Shown: positions 22,533 to 37,230, counted from the stretch's first letter. The stretch: 64,000 nt of DNA from Phoronis australis (GCA_002633005.1 NMRA01000138.1:369005-433004); one strand, 5' to 3'. Numbers and translations: made by a program. The notes: generated from the sequence alone by a model not told the origin.

Positions 22533-25500
22533 AGGGGATACCATGCGTTTTAGTGCAGACAATTTCAATTCAAGCAACTGGGGATAAGAACACAATGACG
22601 TTGCTTTGGAAAGGCAAATACGTCAGTAAAAAAGTCGTTTTTATAGCAGCTTAGTGGTCGGTTCTCTTGCTGCGTTCAAGTAAACATCAATTAATTTTGG
22701 CCAATGCCAACCGGCACTGTTTTCATGGAGTACTTCAGACTTCGAATTTTAAATGAGTTTGATAATGTTCTTAGAATGTAAAAGTAAACGATGTCAATTA
22801 ATGTTCAGTGCGTCTGTTGGAAAACGAATGCATATCTACACGACTTTTCGCGAATGCTCAAGTGCCTACAAGAAAAAGCGAGAAAAAAGAATGCGTGATG
22901 TGTCAGATTTCATACTCGTATTGTAAGATGACGGCATAGGTTTGTTGACAAGTCACGACTATAGGTGGGACATTACTAATATTTCGACTAGCCAATCATA
23001 AACGCCAGTGTAAAAATTTTCCCGAGAAAAATTAAATGATACCTGCGTGTTCCCTTCCCTCTAACGGACACGCAGGAAACCAGCGAGATATAACACTATA
23101 AAGTTCCGCTCAGGTGAGAATCACTGAGCAGCGAACTGTACAAACTCTATTTACAGCTTGGATTCGCCGTGCTGATACTCTGGCCCCGAGACTACTACAA
23201 CATGTTCAGTTAATGATTCTAACCCAAAACTAACCGTGATGCCTCTTGTTGAGAGAAATATCAATGTTGATATCTATTATTTAATACATAGAATTAAACA
23301 AGAATCAGTAATGCCTTATTTGTTCGTGGCACGGGTGCCCTGCGTGGAGTTAAAGTTTATGTTCCCGGGTAGGAGTTTTTTGACGTGGTAAGAGTTTTGT
23401 GGTGCATGGAAAGTGTTTGTGGAGGGTTGCAAGGGCTTTGCTTCGTGCAAAGGGTTCTGTGGTCCGTGAGAAGAGTTGATGAATTGTGCAATGCTGGAAA
23501 GTTTAGTCGTGGACGGAAGCCGGCGAAGGGGATTAGTACGGCAGTAGGTCTATTACCACAAGATTGGATAAGTGTTGAAAAAAAAAAACTAACGGAACAT
23601 ACAGAAAACAAATAATCAAGCGACTTAGAATGTGACTTATCAATTGTGAATTATTTATCGACCACCCATGTTGTGAAAAACCTGATACTCCACTGACACA
23701 GTTTGAAAATGTTGAAGCAAAAATAAGCCAATTAAGTACAAGCATGCATTTGGGAATGTGTAGATATGTCGCTCCCGAGGCTCTTAATTATATCTTCTAA
23801 TGAATAATCATTTGTATTTGTAATTACTGAAGCCATGCAATGCCTCTGTCTAATCTACATGGCTTCTTTAAGACTTGAATATCGTGGAACGTTTTTGATG
23901 ATTTCAATTCGATAGTATACACAGGGTCTTTGTTTTGTCACTTTTCTAGTAATTTCTTTTACAATTAAGAGACATTCTTTATCCAAATTTTTCATGGAAG
24001 AGACACCTAAACGACACAACCAAAAATTATCTATTTCCACTAAAAAGCATGCTTTAGGCCTAGTGTCTAATCTCCGAACTCAAAATCAAAGTACACAGCT
24101 AGGTGGCTGTAGAAGTACCTCTCCACGGCGGATGTGGGACTACTCTCCAGCTGGCTTTGTGAGTAGCACAAGCTCTGCTCTGACTGTAGGAGTACCCCTC
24201 AGAGCTTGATCTAGAAGTACCTCCCAATTTGGCCTTGCCAGCACCATTCGGCTGGAGAGTACTCCTTGAGCTGTTTTGGGAGTACTGTCAGAGCTTGCTA
24301 CGAGAGTACCCCTCGATTAAGCCCCTCCACGGCCGGCTATGGGAAGCTCCCTTGGACCCATGTCATTTTTGGCTTTGCTGCAAATTGATGTTCACTATAT
24401 TGGGCCCCAATATGTTACAACAGCTTGAATTACTGCAAAATTGTAACTAATTGGACTGCAACATGTGCCCCAATTTATTACGGGTCGTAATAAATCGTGG
24501 CCATCAAACTATATCATTGTATGATATTATTACAAGACAAAATTCTAAACAAAAACAAGTAAAATTGCTAATCAGATTATTTATTGCAACAGTCAAGCAT
24601 TTTTGTCAGACCCGGGCAATATCCACATTCTTAATTGGAACAAATGAAGCAGCACACGTTGTTTACACAATTGAACAGTGTATTTAGCAAACACCGTAAT
24701 GACTAATTATCACTCCATCGGTATCCACAAGTCTTGTTCAAAATGTACCCATTCTGTGTATTCGACTTTCATAACCGATATTCAAACATCTTAAATTCTC
24801 GTACTGATACTGTTACATCATGAATTTGAGAACAAGAATATTCAAAATTATCAAACTAATCACGATTCAAAACGTACTTGCAATCTTACATTAGAAATAT
24901 ATTTCAATTGTAAAAACGATATAAATTTGAAACAAAAATGAACACGCACCACCGTGCATGAAAAGTGGACACGAAGATCGATTTCAGCTGTTTCTAAGGC
25001 GTTCATTGCATTGCAGTTGATAATGTTTGAGTTACTTACTGTATGCTTCGCACAAAATAAAATAGTTTATTCTCCAACCTATCAAGTGGTTGGGGTGAGG
25101 AATATAACACTGTTTAAGGAGGACACTATAACTACTGTTCGTTCGCACCGTTCGCAAGATATTGAGGAGCAACTAAAATGAAACCTTTTAGCACTTGGAC
25201 GTGTGAAGCGACCCTACAACCTAACTTTTGTTGTAATCTTTAAAGATACTGACTATTTGTTTTTTTACCATTTTCGATTTTGAATGGTTTTGAATTGACA
25301 CTAGAAAAGAGCTTTTCATGAATTTTATTTTTTCACACACAAATACGTTAAAGTCATTGGTATTTGATTTTCAAAGTTTCAAACTTTTGTGGGGGAAACT
25401 AATAAAAATTATCGCGATTATTGTTGGACAATGCAAGGGCACGCGGCTTGGGGGATTTTTGTTGTACCAGGATCAAAGATCGTGATTCCTTTCCATGTAC

Positions 25501-27368
25501 AGCGTGCAAAACAGGTTTAATTTGAATTTTAACCGTCTTATTCGCCAAAGTCGAATGATGGAAATTTTAAACAATCAAATACGCATTTTCGTGTTTTTGC
25601 AACTTTTTAATTCTAAAGTTTATTTATTTTCACATTTTGCACAGCCATTAAAGCAGCAACATATGCATAGTTTAATACAAAATATCACATTTAAGGAGAC
25701 AAAGGCGTGAAATATTCACATCCTAAACTTTTAAAGGTGGCTACGATCATTTTCGGATTCTTTGAAGGGATATCTATTTTGATCGACCCAGCCGTCGGGG
25801 AAACGTGTTCGCGTTTGACATTGGTCAACTGTTGTACTACACGAATGATAAATATCCAAGCAATTTGTTAGGAAATCGTTACTAGGTATAATATAATATA
25901 TTATAAATTCACCAATGTTACTGTTTGGCATGGATATCGATTAGTAGTAAGCCCTACATTTGTATTTACATGGCCACCGGAGCAACAGTACATTCCAAAC
26001 GCAAAGGTATTCGCAGAAGACTTCTGATGTGAAATGCTTATGCTTTTGTTGCAAACATTTGAAAACAGTTTAAGGACAGTCTCATGTACACACCTCAGGA
26101 ACGTTGACAAAATTAGGATTAGCACAATATTTCAGTTGTGGAATAAGGAGCTGTCTAAAGTCCTTCTCTCAAACTGCACATGTGGTTCCAGTATCCGAAA
26201 ATACTTACTACATAAAATCTTATTTTCGACACCCTTTCTTTATATTCTTTTCGCCTTTCTTGCCAAAAGCGATTTTTTAACAGTATTTGACGCTTCTCTG
26301 TGAGCGTATGATTACCGGCTGTCATCGGTTATTTCCGTACCCACATTTCCGGCTCATCAGTTCAGGAACTTGTCCTGAACGCCGCCATTTTTTCCTTGTA
26401 ACTGAATGTGCTATGGCTTGCTCGAAAAGTCTTCATTATTTTGTTTTATTAGTAATACCTCGTGATTCGTTTGCATATGTAGTGTATTTATAGTTTGTAG
26501 TAAGTGGTCGTTGAATTTTTTTAGAATGTTACGCGTACTTAGTATGTTAAAATAGCATTGGTGTTAAGTTCCTTACGTAGGCCGGTCGAACCTAGGAACC
26601 AATATGGGTCGAACCAATTTTTTTCGGTTTTATTTTTTTCCTCGTTTTGAAAAAGTACTTTGCTATCTTCGGAAAGGTTGTACATTCTACACAGTAAAAT
26701 CGAAAAAGTATCAAAATCGGGGTAAGCAGTGTAAAGTTATTGCAAGTTTTGTGGCGAAATTTGGGTCACTTTGTTTGGATCGCGTCGGCCATATTGGAGG
26801 ACAGCGGGATAAGTTACGAGTTTAAAACTTTGTGTAAGTTGTTTTCGCCAACAAATTACGGTGTAATTTATTTAGACATATCTTTACTTACTATTCTGCA
26901 CGATTTAACAGTGTTCACCAAATTTCAGCCTCGCAGTTGTTACTCATTAAGTGATAAATGTGCTCACAATTTCCGTTGGACTTCGTATCATTTCTGGCGG
27001 CACCGACAACATGGCGACTTTTGCTGAACTGAAAGGCATGTTCAATCGGCTACTTTGTAATTTGTGAAGATTTAACGTTGATACATTTCGACAAAAGTTG
27101 CTACAAAAAAGAAACTTTGTTCAATTTTCGTGTTTTTTGTGCAAATATATAAGATATATTCGAATTATTTTACTGTTAATTTCCCATTCAGGTGATCTTA
27201 CACTAAGCTAAAAAAATAGTTGAAATAATTTTGAAATGGTTTTTTGTTTGACTGTCAACTGCTGTTCAAGACTTGATTCGGTGTCACAAAATGATTCATA
27301 TTTTTCTAAATTTTAAGTCTCAATTGCTTTCAAGTCATGTTTTGTAACTTATTGCTTCTTAATTCAGG

Positions 27369-27392
27369 NNNNNNNNNNNNNNNNNNNNNNNN
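27369..27392. other. Assembly gap (24 N)
   Basis: Run of n characters; a further single n at 43292. Confidence 1.
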
Positions 27393-28939
27393 GGGGTCTG
27401 TTCGGAGATATATTCCAAGTATTCTTCCGTGAAATACAGACAGGAGAACCTAGATCTGTGTTTTTTAGACTTGTGATTTTTTTAGTTCTAAACACACAAA
27501 ACGCTTGTTATCCCGGCTAGTGGCTCGGAACCCGACCAGGCTCGTCGCGGCCGCCGGGACTGACACGAACATAAACCAGCTTGAGTTGGAAACTAAACCT
27601 CCAGTCACGAAAAGACTATAATAGTGAGCCAAAAAAAATAATGTGCACGTAATTATTTATGTGAATTAGCCACGAAACTGAAAATCTACTTACTTGTCGG
27701 GGCCGCGAAGTCGGGTTCCCCTTCCACAGACCGTCAGGGCAAAGGTTGTAAGGTAACAATGATTTAAATAATGTATTTGTATTTCTAAATAAAGATTTCA
27801 TAACATGTGACCATAGCATATTAAATCAGGCAATTGTTTCACAACAGCTTTCTGTCAGCAAACACTGAATTAGCATGGGCTCACACGGCCACGGTGCCCG
27901 GTCAATTACCTTTATTGCCGGCATCAAAAGCCGGTAACGCAGTGGTTTATTCATTGCTGGCTTCTCAACATTTGCACTCACGAATACTGCAAAGGCATTA
28001 CAAATTGTATCTAATGAGGCAGACTTTGTTTCAGTTTTATATAAGCATTGGTTAGGATGGGAATAATTCATTTTGAAACAGACTCGCCCGGCGCCAATCC
28101 TGACTTAGTCAAGAGCTCATCCGACGAAGACTTCACGGGTCGGATCGTTAGGTTTCACAGGTTCATCAGTTCGAACCGGAATACACCGATCAAGAAATAC
28201 TAGAGAGTCGCCGTGAACATGCACAGGCAACGGAACGTATGGATAGTTCTTTGCTAAGCCGGAATACGCCAGAGAAATCACTGTCGACGAAATGCCGGCC
28301 ACAGACACGGAGATGTTTCACGGCCTCATACTTGCTATTAACAGCGTATTTTTTCAATCTTCACCACCGCGAGCCACTTCCTAAGCATTCCGGGCTCTCG
28401 GGGAAGTCGAAAAAAAAACGATATACCCGCTTTTTTCGCAGCTTCGTAGTTCGGACAAGTGGTAACGATGCACCGCAATATAGCGGCATTCACTCAGCAG
28501 ACGAACCACTGACGTCGCTGCGTCGTTTCTCACCTTCCTCACAAGTTTACGCGACACCTCTCGGCAAGGTGAGGTCAACCGTATAAGAGACGATGTGGAT
28601 ATAGAACGATTAAGATGGTAAAAATACTAATAAAATCGGTTGGCATTCTCCTTTAATGCTAATTCGAAGACCATTTTGTTCAAGACAAACGAGACGAAAA
28701 GATGGTCCCAATTTAAGAGTATTGTGGAACTACTTCAACTACATGTAATTTGTAAAACCAATTCCGTACGTTTTAATGGGTCTACCTTTTCTACGTTACC
28801 ACCGGGCGTGCATGAGATATTACCCATGTCATCTGCACACAGAAGACATAAAATATACGACGACTGGTCGACAGCAAAAATTCCCTGACAATCTGACTTT
28901 CTAATCATTCAATTGAGTCATTTAGACAGATAGTAAGTA

Positions 28940-29566
28940 AAAAGGGGCTAAGCACAAAAATGGACATACAGCAACCAACATTATAATGAAAAGCGTCCGT
29001 ATGCATACTCTTAATCCTAGCACATAACTCAAGATTTTCATTTAAAGATTGCAAATAAAACGTTTAAAACATATCCATATGCCATTTTTAATTAAACAAC
29101 AAAGCAACAACTTATGCCGAACACTGTAGAAAGCGTTTTCAAACTCTGGAAAAATATATAACATTTATTTTTTCTTTTGCTTAAACACTTTCGGATGACA
29201 GTATGAACAGTGAAAATTCGATCCACAGTACAGTGGGTCTCTTCAAGGAACAGATTTGAAGTGTTTGTCTAAGAAAAAATTATTTAATGTACAATATTTA
29301 AGAAAACCTTGTTTAAGTACTTAATGAGGACATGCCTCTATAATTATTAACATCATTTGGATTTCCCTTTTACATAGTGGAATAATGGATGCCTTACACC
29401 AACATACGGGCATATATTTATGATTTAATATTTTGTTGAAGAGTGTGACAACAGGTGGCATTGTTGATGGTTTGCTCAATTTGATAAGCTCTCCTGGGAT
29501 GCCGTCATTTTTTGTTCTTATGAGGTTAAGTACATGGTTCACTTCCTTGGTTCTAATTGGAACCAT
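28940..29566 (-). mobile_element. Highly decayed LINE reverse-transcriptase fragment
   Basis: The minus strand reads DGIPGELIK...LFNKIL...PVCWCKASIIPL and a FENAFYSVRHKLL (FxKAFDxV-like) block, with many disruptions. Confidence 0.6.
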
Positions 29567-29699
29567 TTACTTAGGTTATCAGTACAAGTAGCACAGAAAA
29601 TACCACGGTTCTTATTTTTCAATTTGATATAACAACCAAGAAGGTCAACTGACCAAAGTGAGCCGCCCCCATTGTCCTAATAACAACACGGCCTCATTT

Positions 29700-31580
29700 G
29701 CTTTGGCCACGTAAATGGCGCTAACAACCTATCTATCTCTCTAGCAACACTCAAAGACAAGTATTCTGAAGTGGCACATTTTACAAAATTAAAAGTGCAA
29801 CGGTGAGATGTGCATGTACAAGAGTCTAGTGTGAGGGTGCAGGGCAATGTGCACGAGGTGCCATGATGACTAACACGAGACGAGGGCTCTCTGGAAGTGA
29901 TCCAGAGAGGCAACACCAAGGACGTGGGCAGGTGGGTTGTTCCAAAAGACTTTTGTAGAAGGAAAGAAGGAGTTTTGCAGGTATGCAGTGCGACACTGAG
30001 GAATCATGAAGTACATATTGTGTCATCTACGTGTAGGAGTACTAATGAATTGATACAAATAGGTAAGGAGAATGGCTATGGTCTGATGGACAATTTTATA
30101 GATTATAGAAAGTTTGGAGAAGTGGCGGCGGAATTCGAGGTTTTGCCAGTTTAATGATTCAATCAGTTCGTTGGCTGAATAAGTATTGTCATATCTACTC
30201 AGGCTAAATATTGCAGCTCGTCGCTGCACCATTTCGATCTTGTGAGTGAGAGCTTTTGCATGAGGTGAGCATACTGAGCAGTACTCAAGTTTTGTCGGAG
30301 TAGAGCGGCATAAGCTATTTCCTTAAATTTCTGAGGAGTGTGTCGAATGGTTCGTCTAAGAAATCCAAGGGTTTTACTGGCGGAAGCAACAGTTGTATTA
30401 ATGTGAGAATTCCATGTGAGATCGTTGGAGATAGTAATGCCAAGGTATTTGGCCTCAGACAGAGGTAACAGGAGTGAGCTATGGAGAAACTTGTCTTGGA
30501 GGATAGGTTTATTTTTCCGATGCACGCGAAGAACATTGCACTTCGATGTATTGAACTGCATGCCCCACACTGATTCCCAATCAGCAAGTTTATTGATATC
30601 CTGTTGGAGTGAGAAGCAGGGTCTTCGTGGTTTCTGATGGAACGGTAAAGTATGCAGTCATCTTCAGAAAGGCGGGTGTTGGAAGAAATGTTTTCATAAA
30701 GAGAAGAAAGAGGATTGATCTAAGGACAGACCTCTGAGGAAGCTTAGAGAGTACAGGGGAGGTGTCGGATGACCCACCCTCTACCACAACAGACTGAGTT
30801 TTATTGTTAAGAAAGGAGGTAATCCAATATTGTTTGTGAGGCCGTGGACCCCAAAGAAATCAATTTTGTTTACAAGTCTAGAATGAGGTACTTTGTCGAA
30901 AGCTTTACTAAAATCCATAATCATGACATCGGACTGTATGCCCGAATCCATATTGAGAAAGAGGTCGTTTGTGAAAGTGCGAAGTTGAGACTCACATGAT
31001 ATGTTTGGCCTGAAGCCGTGTTACCATTTGCAAATGATATTGATGTTTTTAAGGTGTTTCATAAGATGACTCACGATGATGTGTTAAAGAATCTTGCAAC
31101 ATATACAAGTAAGGGAGAAAGGTATGTAATTTTCTGCTTTGTGTCTATTTCCTTTTTTGAAAACTGTTGCGACATTGGCGTAGAGCCATCTGCTGGAACC
31201 ACACCAGATGATAGAGAGGCATTAAAGATGTCGGTCAGTAAGGGAGCTATTGGGTCTGATAGTCCCCGAAGAACTATAGGGAAGATATAGTCTGGACCAG
31301 GGGATTTGTGTGGTTTCTGCAGAGTGGAAAGGAGTTTTTCAACTCCATTGATGTCAATGATAGGGTCTGGGATGGTTTCATGAGGACTTTCTCCTAGGTA
31401 TGGACTTATAGAACTGCCTTCAGCAGTGAAGACTGACCAAAATTGATTATTGACAATTTTTGCCTCATCAGATGGTGAGCCGGCCGGTGTGTTTGCAACG
31501 GGGCCAACTGGGAAAGTTCTCGCTTGAGACTTTTGACAAATATGTAAAGAGGCGCTTGGGATCACCCTTGTCTTAAGGGT
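29700..31580 (-). mobile_element. CR1-like LINE, truncated pseudogenised ORF2 (RT)
   Basis: Successive RT motifs broken by frameshifts: KSPGPDYI...IFNASLSSGVVP, MDFSKAFDKVPH, LPQRSVLRSILFLL, WGMQFNTSKC...KYLGITISNDLTWNSHI, VQRRAA...LNWQNLEFRR. Confidence 0.88.
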
Positions 31581-34500
31581 AGGTAATGCTATTACCGTAT
31601 TTCCAATGTGATTTCCTGGTAAGGTTGCATTTAAGTCAATCGTAACTACGAACCATCAAAACCTCGAAAATGTGTGCATACTAAATCTGTTTTATTTGGT
31701 GTCGTATTTTTAAAGTATTTTGATTCTACGGCATAAGAAGGTAATTTTCAGTTAAAAAACAAAAAACGATTGCCGACGTAACAACACGGTGGCAGTTCAA
31801 CCCGGCACCACAGGAGAATTTACTCAGGGAAAGGATATTGCAACCACACGCCAATTCAAAATGGATGTTTTGTGTCGAACAAGAATCATCGTCGGCAGAC
31901 GCACTACTTTGGCTTGGATGCTCGTTCGGAAACTTTCCCAAATAGAAAATCACGGACAATTCAACTGAGTCTCTTCAAATCTTAAAATATGATATCAGAA
32001 AAAAGCCGCTGTTTCTCAAGCCTGTTGGAGTGTGAGGTCACCCTAAATGGTTCAAATTTCAAAACAATTAAGGAATAGGTTACTTACAGAGTGAAATTTG
32101 CGTTCTTCCCCCCTTCTAATGTCATCACCAATTTACGTCTCCTTTTCATTACCACAAAATCCTTTCGTGGGGGAAACTACTACCAGTCGCGATCGGATAC
32201 CTGAAAGCCTCCTTACCGCTACATGAAGCTTTCACGGTTAACGTGATCCTTAACTTCAAAGTGTGAGCTGTTCTATTTTTTTAATAGTTGGGAATGATAT
32301 GACTATTTCATAGTGTTCCTCGTGCAATAATCGGGCAAGCACGTAAATCCTTTTCTCTCTACCCGTCCAGACGGATTTTAATAAAAATGTATACTCACGA
32401 AAACTACACAACGACGAAGCTGAACACGCTTACTTACAAAGACATAGTTCCGTAATTTTTCTGTCTTAGGAACTTTTAATTAATTACTGGTGTTAAATAA
32501 AGACAATGCTAACGTCATTGGTCGAAGTTCGATGCAAGGAGAGCTCTCCGGACGGTTTGTGGCATCCCTAAACATATCCTCACTTCACGGTTCGGGCATA
32601 TGTCGCCTACATGATAAAACAACATCGAACGTAACAAATTTATTTGGATTGACTTTTGTTTGAAAATATACTGAAAACCACATACTTCAACTGAATCAGA
32701 CTTGCGATTCAACATGGTCTTTTTAATATTTTTATCCTTTACATTCACCATAAACTTAAAACCAATTCCATCACCCACTTGAATTCACTTGGCTACATGA
32801 TAACCTTCCCTCTATTGCGATATATGCTGCTCTTACGACAAGGTCACGACTTATCTTTGTCAGTTGATTTGCATAAATTGCTTAGTTATGACGGTTCGCC
32901 GAAAGACAAGTAACCGTATTATGCACTAGTTTCGCGGAAGCTTTAATTCCGATTGACCTGTTCTTAAAATTGTAGAAAAACAACCATGTCGACGGATAGC
33001 CCACGAGATTGTATTTCTCCTACAGGAATTTGTCCTCGTTCCACCCAAGATCACACTCCTTCTAATCAAACCTTGCTTACCCGATGCAAGTGTAGTATAC
33101 GATTATTTACACAATAATCGTATACGGTAATCGAAGCAACACTGTTTGCATGTACTTATATATCATGAATGATAGTACTTCGGCCGCGCCTTGCTTTACA
33201 TGCTCATCGTATCAAAAAAATAACGGTGTACGCATATCACTAGCAGATTTACGAAATCGTGAGAGAGCCCAACCACAATTTTCGAACGGGATCCCTTTCC
33301 ATTCCTTCTGAATTCGCTTATGCGTATAGATGGCGAGTTACTTGTAGCCCTATATTGAAGCGAATGTACATATTGCATCATATTAGTACATGCAGCGTGT
33401 GTCTCTCATGAAAACGTAGGACATTTTAAGAATAATTTCTAACATCGTTTTAGAGAACTGTGCATAAACATAGTATCCGAGAGTGAATACGATTAGCTAT
33501 TCCTGAGATACGATGTTCCGAAGCTGGCCAAAATTGTGCATTTTCCTAGGGCCCTGCATAACCTTGCTCTACCTTCGGTTCATAGTAAACTCCTATATCC
33601 TCAACCACGACTATATGCGCCTGAGTAGTGACAGTGATATGATCTCAACTTTTGTTGAACAGTACAAAGCAAGGCATTATTTAGCGATGAAGTCACTAAT
33701 GTTCTTCGACAGATCTTGCATGAATTCCTAAAGGCAATTAGACTACGGCGGATGCGATTGTTTTTGATTGCAATTTAATCGAGTTTGACGAGACGTAAAA
33801 TTCATTTAATCTAAGATCTATTTACTTGATTGAATAGGACTGTGAAAGGTGTTTCGCTTCAGATTGACTGAATCACGAGCTGTCAAGTAATAAATCGCAA
33901 TTTTAGATTAAAATGTAACCAGTGATTTTTTGGAATTTTTACCTTTTGATTCTGAAAAATACAAGTACGTTGCCTTATTTCATGATATCAATCTCGTCTG
34001 AGACTTCCTACAGAATGATCGTTGTTTATTTCAAACAACACGTTTTATTATTTTATTGCATTGCAGAGTATTGCATTGGATAGCTTTCTATTTGACTTGG
34101 CCTTGGCCACGATCCTATGTAAAGATGAATGAGTTTGCATTTTATGAGACAGGCCCACAGTCAGCACCGATCTCTATCTTAGGCCAGAATGTTTGCCCGC
34201 CTAATTCCAAGGTAATACCCATCTCGCGACATTCGTAATTGCGTTGCCCAAAGACAACAACTGAATAAATGTTTTCTTAGTTGGGCTTTCACTGCAGTTT
34301 AAAGACATTTCTTTTCATTAGTGGCAGTTATCTTGTAGTTAGTCTTCTTTAGGATGTTCGTTCGTAACAAAAGAATATGGATGGTTCATTCTAACTCACA
34401 TTTCCATATTAATCCGCGTTATGTAGACGATCCGATTTAATTAGTTCGATTTTTTGCAGTCTGACACAATTTACAAGGAGCACGTTGTTAAATCCATTCT

Positions 34501-36940
34501 CTACACGCGTTTCTGGAAAGTGCTTCTTGGAAACTCTTCTTTGTTTGAGTATTCAGTGAAAGAAACCCATTAAGGCGATGCTAATAAGTGAAAGTGTGAC
34601 ATAAATAACCGAAAGATCAATTAATCGTTTACATTAAAAGACGATTTTATTCCGCTGAGTTGTTACGACACCGATTGGCTAAAAATAAGACACGGTTGAA
34701 CTGAACGTCACTGGCCCACACAAACACGAATCGGGCAGTGTAATCTATGAGAACCTGGATGAGCATGCGCGATGTGTGTTCAGAAGAATGTGTTTCGAAT
34801 GATACGTTATTGAACAATACAATGCTAAAGCCTGTCATTAATAGACGACTCCACCGTCACGCAAAAATTCCGACTACGAGAATAAAAAACAAGAACCCAC
34901 AGCACATAGACAACTTTCAGATCCATGAATTTCAATTGACGTTATCGCAGTTCTAAAGTCTACCACTTCACAACTCTCTCGTAACAGGAGATCACGCGAC
35001 CAACTTCCAACGCATTTTAGAATTTCATGAATAATAGAGTTAGGAACAATCAACACGTGCCCATGGCCCCCTTGGCCCTCCTCTAAAGCCAACACTGGTG
35101 CCTTCTGTAAAAAACCAACGTTTGATTGAGACTCAAACTGGTAAAAATAGTCTCATCTTGTTCAGTTATAAATAATGTCTAAGCTTGAAAAGAAATGTTA
35201 TGGATTTAGATGTGGCCCATAAGTTTTTGTACGTGGTCGCAGTAATGGAATGGCTGAGCTCTTGCCAGCAACTTGATTCACAAATATTCGCCACCTCCTC
35301 CCAGACACCTGCTCAAAATACAATGAACTCGTGCAAAATGTGTAACTAGCGAGGTCGATAAATAAATAGTTATGAAATTTATTCATTCATTCCACGTGAT
35401 ATTACAATATGACGAGCTTGGTAGCATAATAAAAGGTAGGAGACTAACAGAAGGCTTTGGAAGCTTCTTGTAATACAACAAAACAATGCAACTAAAACTA
35501 AAATGATTAGACAACGAAACACCACAATGAATAAATAAACAAAAGTACTCGTAAACAATATGCCGTATAATGTAAAGTCTTATGGCATAAACTAGTTTTT
35601 ATCAGAAAAAGAAAAAGCGAAGTAACGATAGTGCAGTCAACTGTAAGGTATGGGGATTTGAAAAAAGTTCAGAGATGGCAGAGACACTAAACGATTGAAA
35701 TGAGATTACTATTAGAGTTATTCAAAGACTCCTTGGGAGCAACTAAAGTGGTTTTGTGTTGTGCACACTGTGATGCAACTCGATGTCATGAACTTTTTTA
35801 GTCAGAGAATCATTAAAATGCATGGGTTTTAATTTTTTTATCTTCTTTAACTGATGACAAGTACCTTCAGTGTATAATTTAAACTAGAATCCCAAGGCTA
35901 TGGTGCTAATCACATTTTAGGGCCCTTTATGGCAGTATTTGTTACACTTCGTTTAACACAAATGTTACGGCCCAGGTAGAATACTGCTTAACTGTGCGAT
36001 GTCCTTGCACTAAGGAAGGTACACCAAACTCGAGATTGCCCACAGTGTCTCCTTCTAGCCTCGGGGGATTAGGCTGTAGAACCAACTTCTAGTCACCACA
36101 ACCTCGGCCCCTTCCTTTGCATCTTTAAGGACTGGAGTCCGTGACATTATTAAGTTGCGTGATCCCAAGTCTCGATCAGCTTCTCTCCATTCATATTCAG
36201 TTTTACTTCTTACTTCTGTTTTGTTTTTGTTAAGGTTTGTTGTTATCCTGTTGTTATTGTTTATCCTTCTCCAAATCTTCTCTTTATCAGTCCCTTTCAC
36301 ACAGTCCCCATTTCTACTAATAATAATTCGACGAGCCCTTGTCTACATCGAAGTCACGCACAGCCAGTGTTCTCAACTAATTGCTATTTAGGCTGTCAAC
36401 CCGATCATGGTGATGACGACGACGACAACGACGACAATGGTGTTGTGGTCATGATATCTAGCGAGACATTGCGTTTTAGCGTTTGGAGCGCTAACTGTAA
36501 GTTCTAAATTTTTCCGTGTTCTGCAGTCACCCATCAGATGATTGCTCTAGGTCCGTATGAAGGTAATGCATGGAGGGTTATGCATCCGATTACCGTAAAT
36601 TATTGAGTCGAACAGCACGTAAAAAAATCACGTGCATTCTGCACGATTTACTCTTACCGTAAAGTACAAGTGCCATAACATCTAATGTTGTATTCTCATA
36701 AGGGAAACTCCGGTTTGCCGAAACTTCGCCATCGAAACTTTCCCACAAGACAGCGATATCGAAGTTATCGCTAGGCACCGAAGTAAACACCACACAGCGC
36801 AGTTCATTCGTACTCTCAAACGAATATTGAGCGTTGGATTCGAAGCTAACCAAAAATTGTCCACCTGGCAATTATCAGTGTTTATTAAAATGATCAGTGC
36901 CTTCGGCAGACGTTTATTTTCTATCGGGATGTCTCATTAG

Positions 36941-37221
36941 GTGCTTTCCCATCAGAGGCAAAACTTCGCTTTTACCAAAGTTTCAGTAAGTGGAAAAGGT
37001 TAACTCTTTATCTGCAAGCGAAACTTTTGCTGAAAATAGTAGGATTTAAAAGCGAAGGTTCGGTACTGAGCGAAACTTCGGTGTAGTGGGAACGAGTAGC
37101 GAAGCTTCGCTGAAGTTATTGGTAGAGGTGATGTTTCGCTTGCAGTTTATCTACGGGATTTAACCTTTTCCACTTACCAAAACTTCGCTAACGCGAAGTA
37201 TCGCCTGTGGTGGGAAAGCAC
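36941..37221. mobile_element. Palindromic MITE (PIF/Harbinger-like)
   Basis: TIRs GTGCTTTCCCA / TGGGAAAGCAC, inner arms GTAAGTGGAAAAGGTTAA / TTAACCTTTTCCACTTAC, and repeated internal AAACTTCG/CGAAGT motifs. Confidence 0.75.
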
Positions 37222-37230
37222 TGTTATTCT

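Noticed and set aside
23330-24040. Possible further LINE relic
   Set aside because: The composition is suggestive, but I could not read convincing RT or endonuclease motifs.
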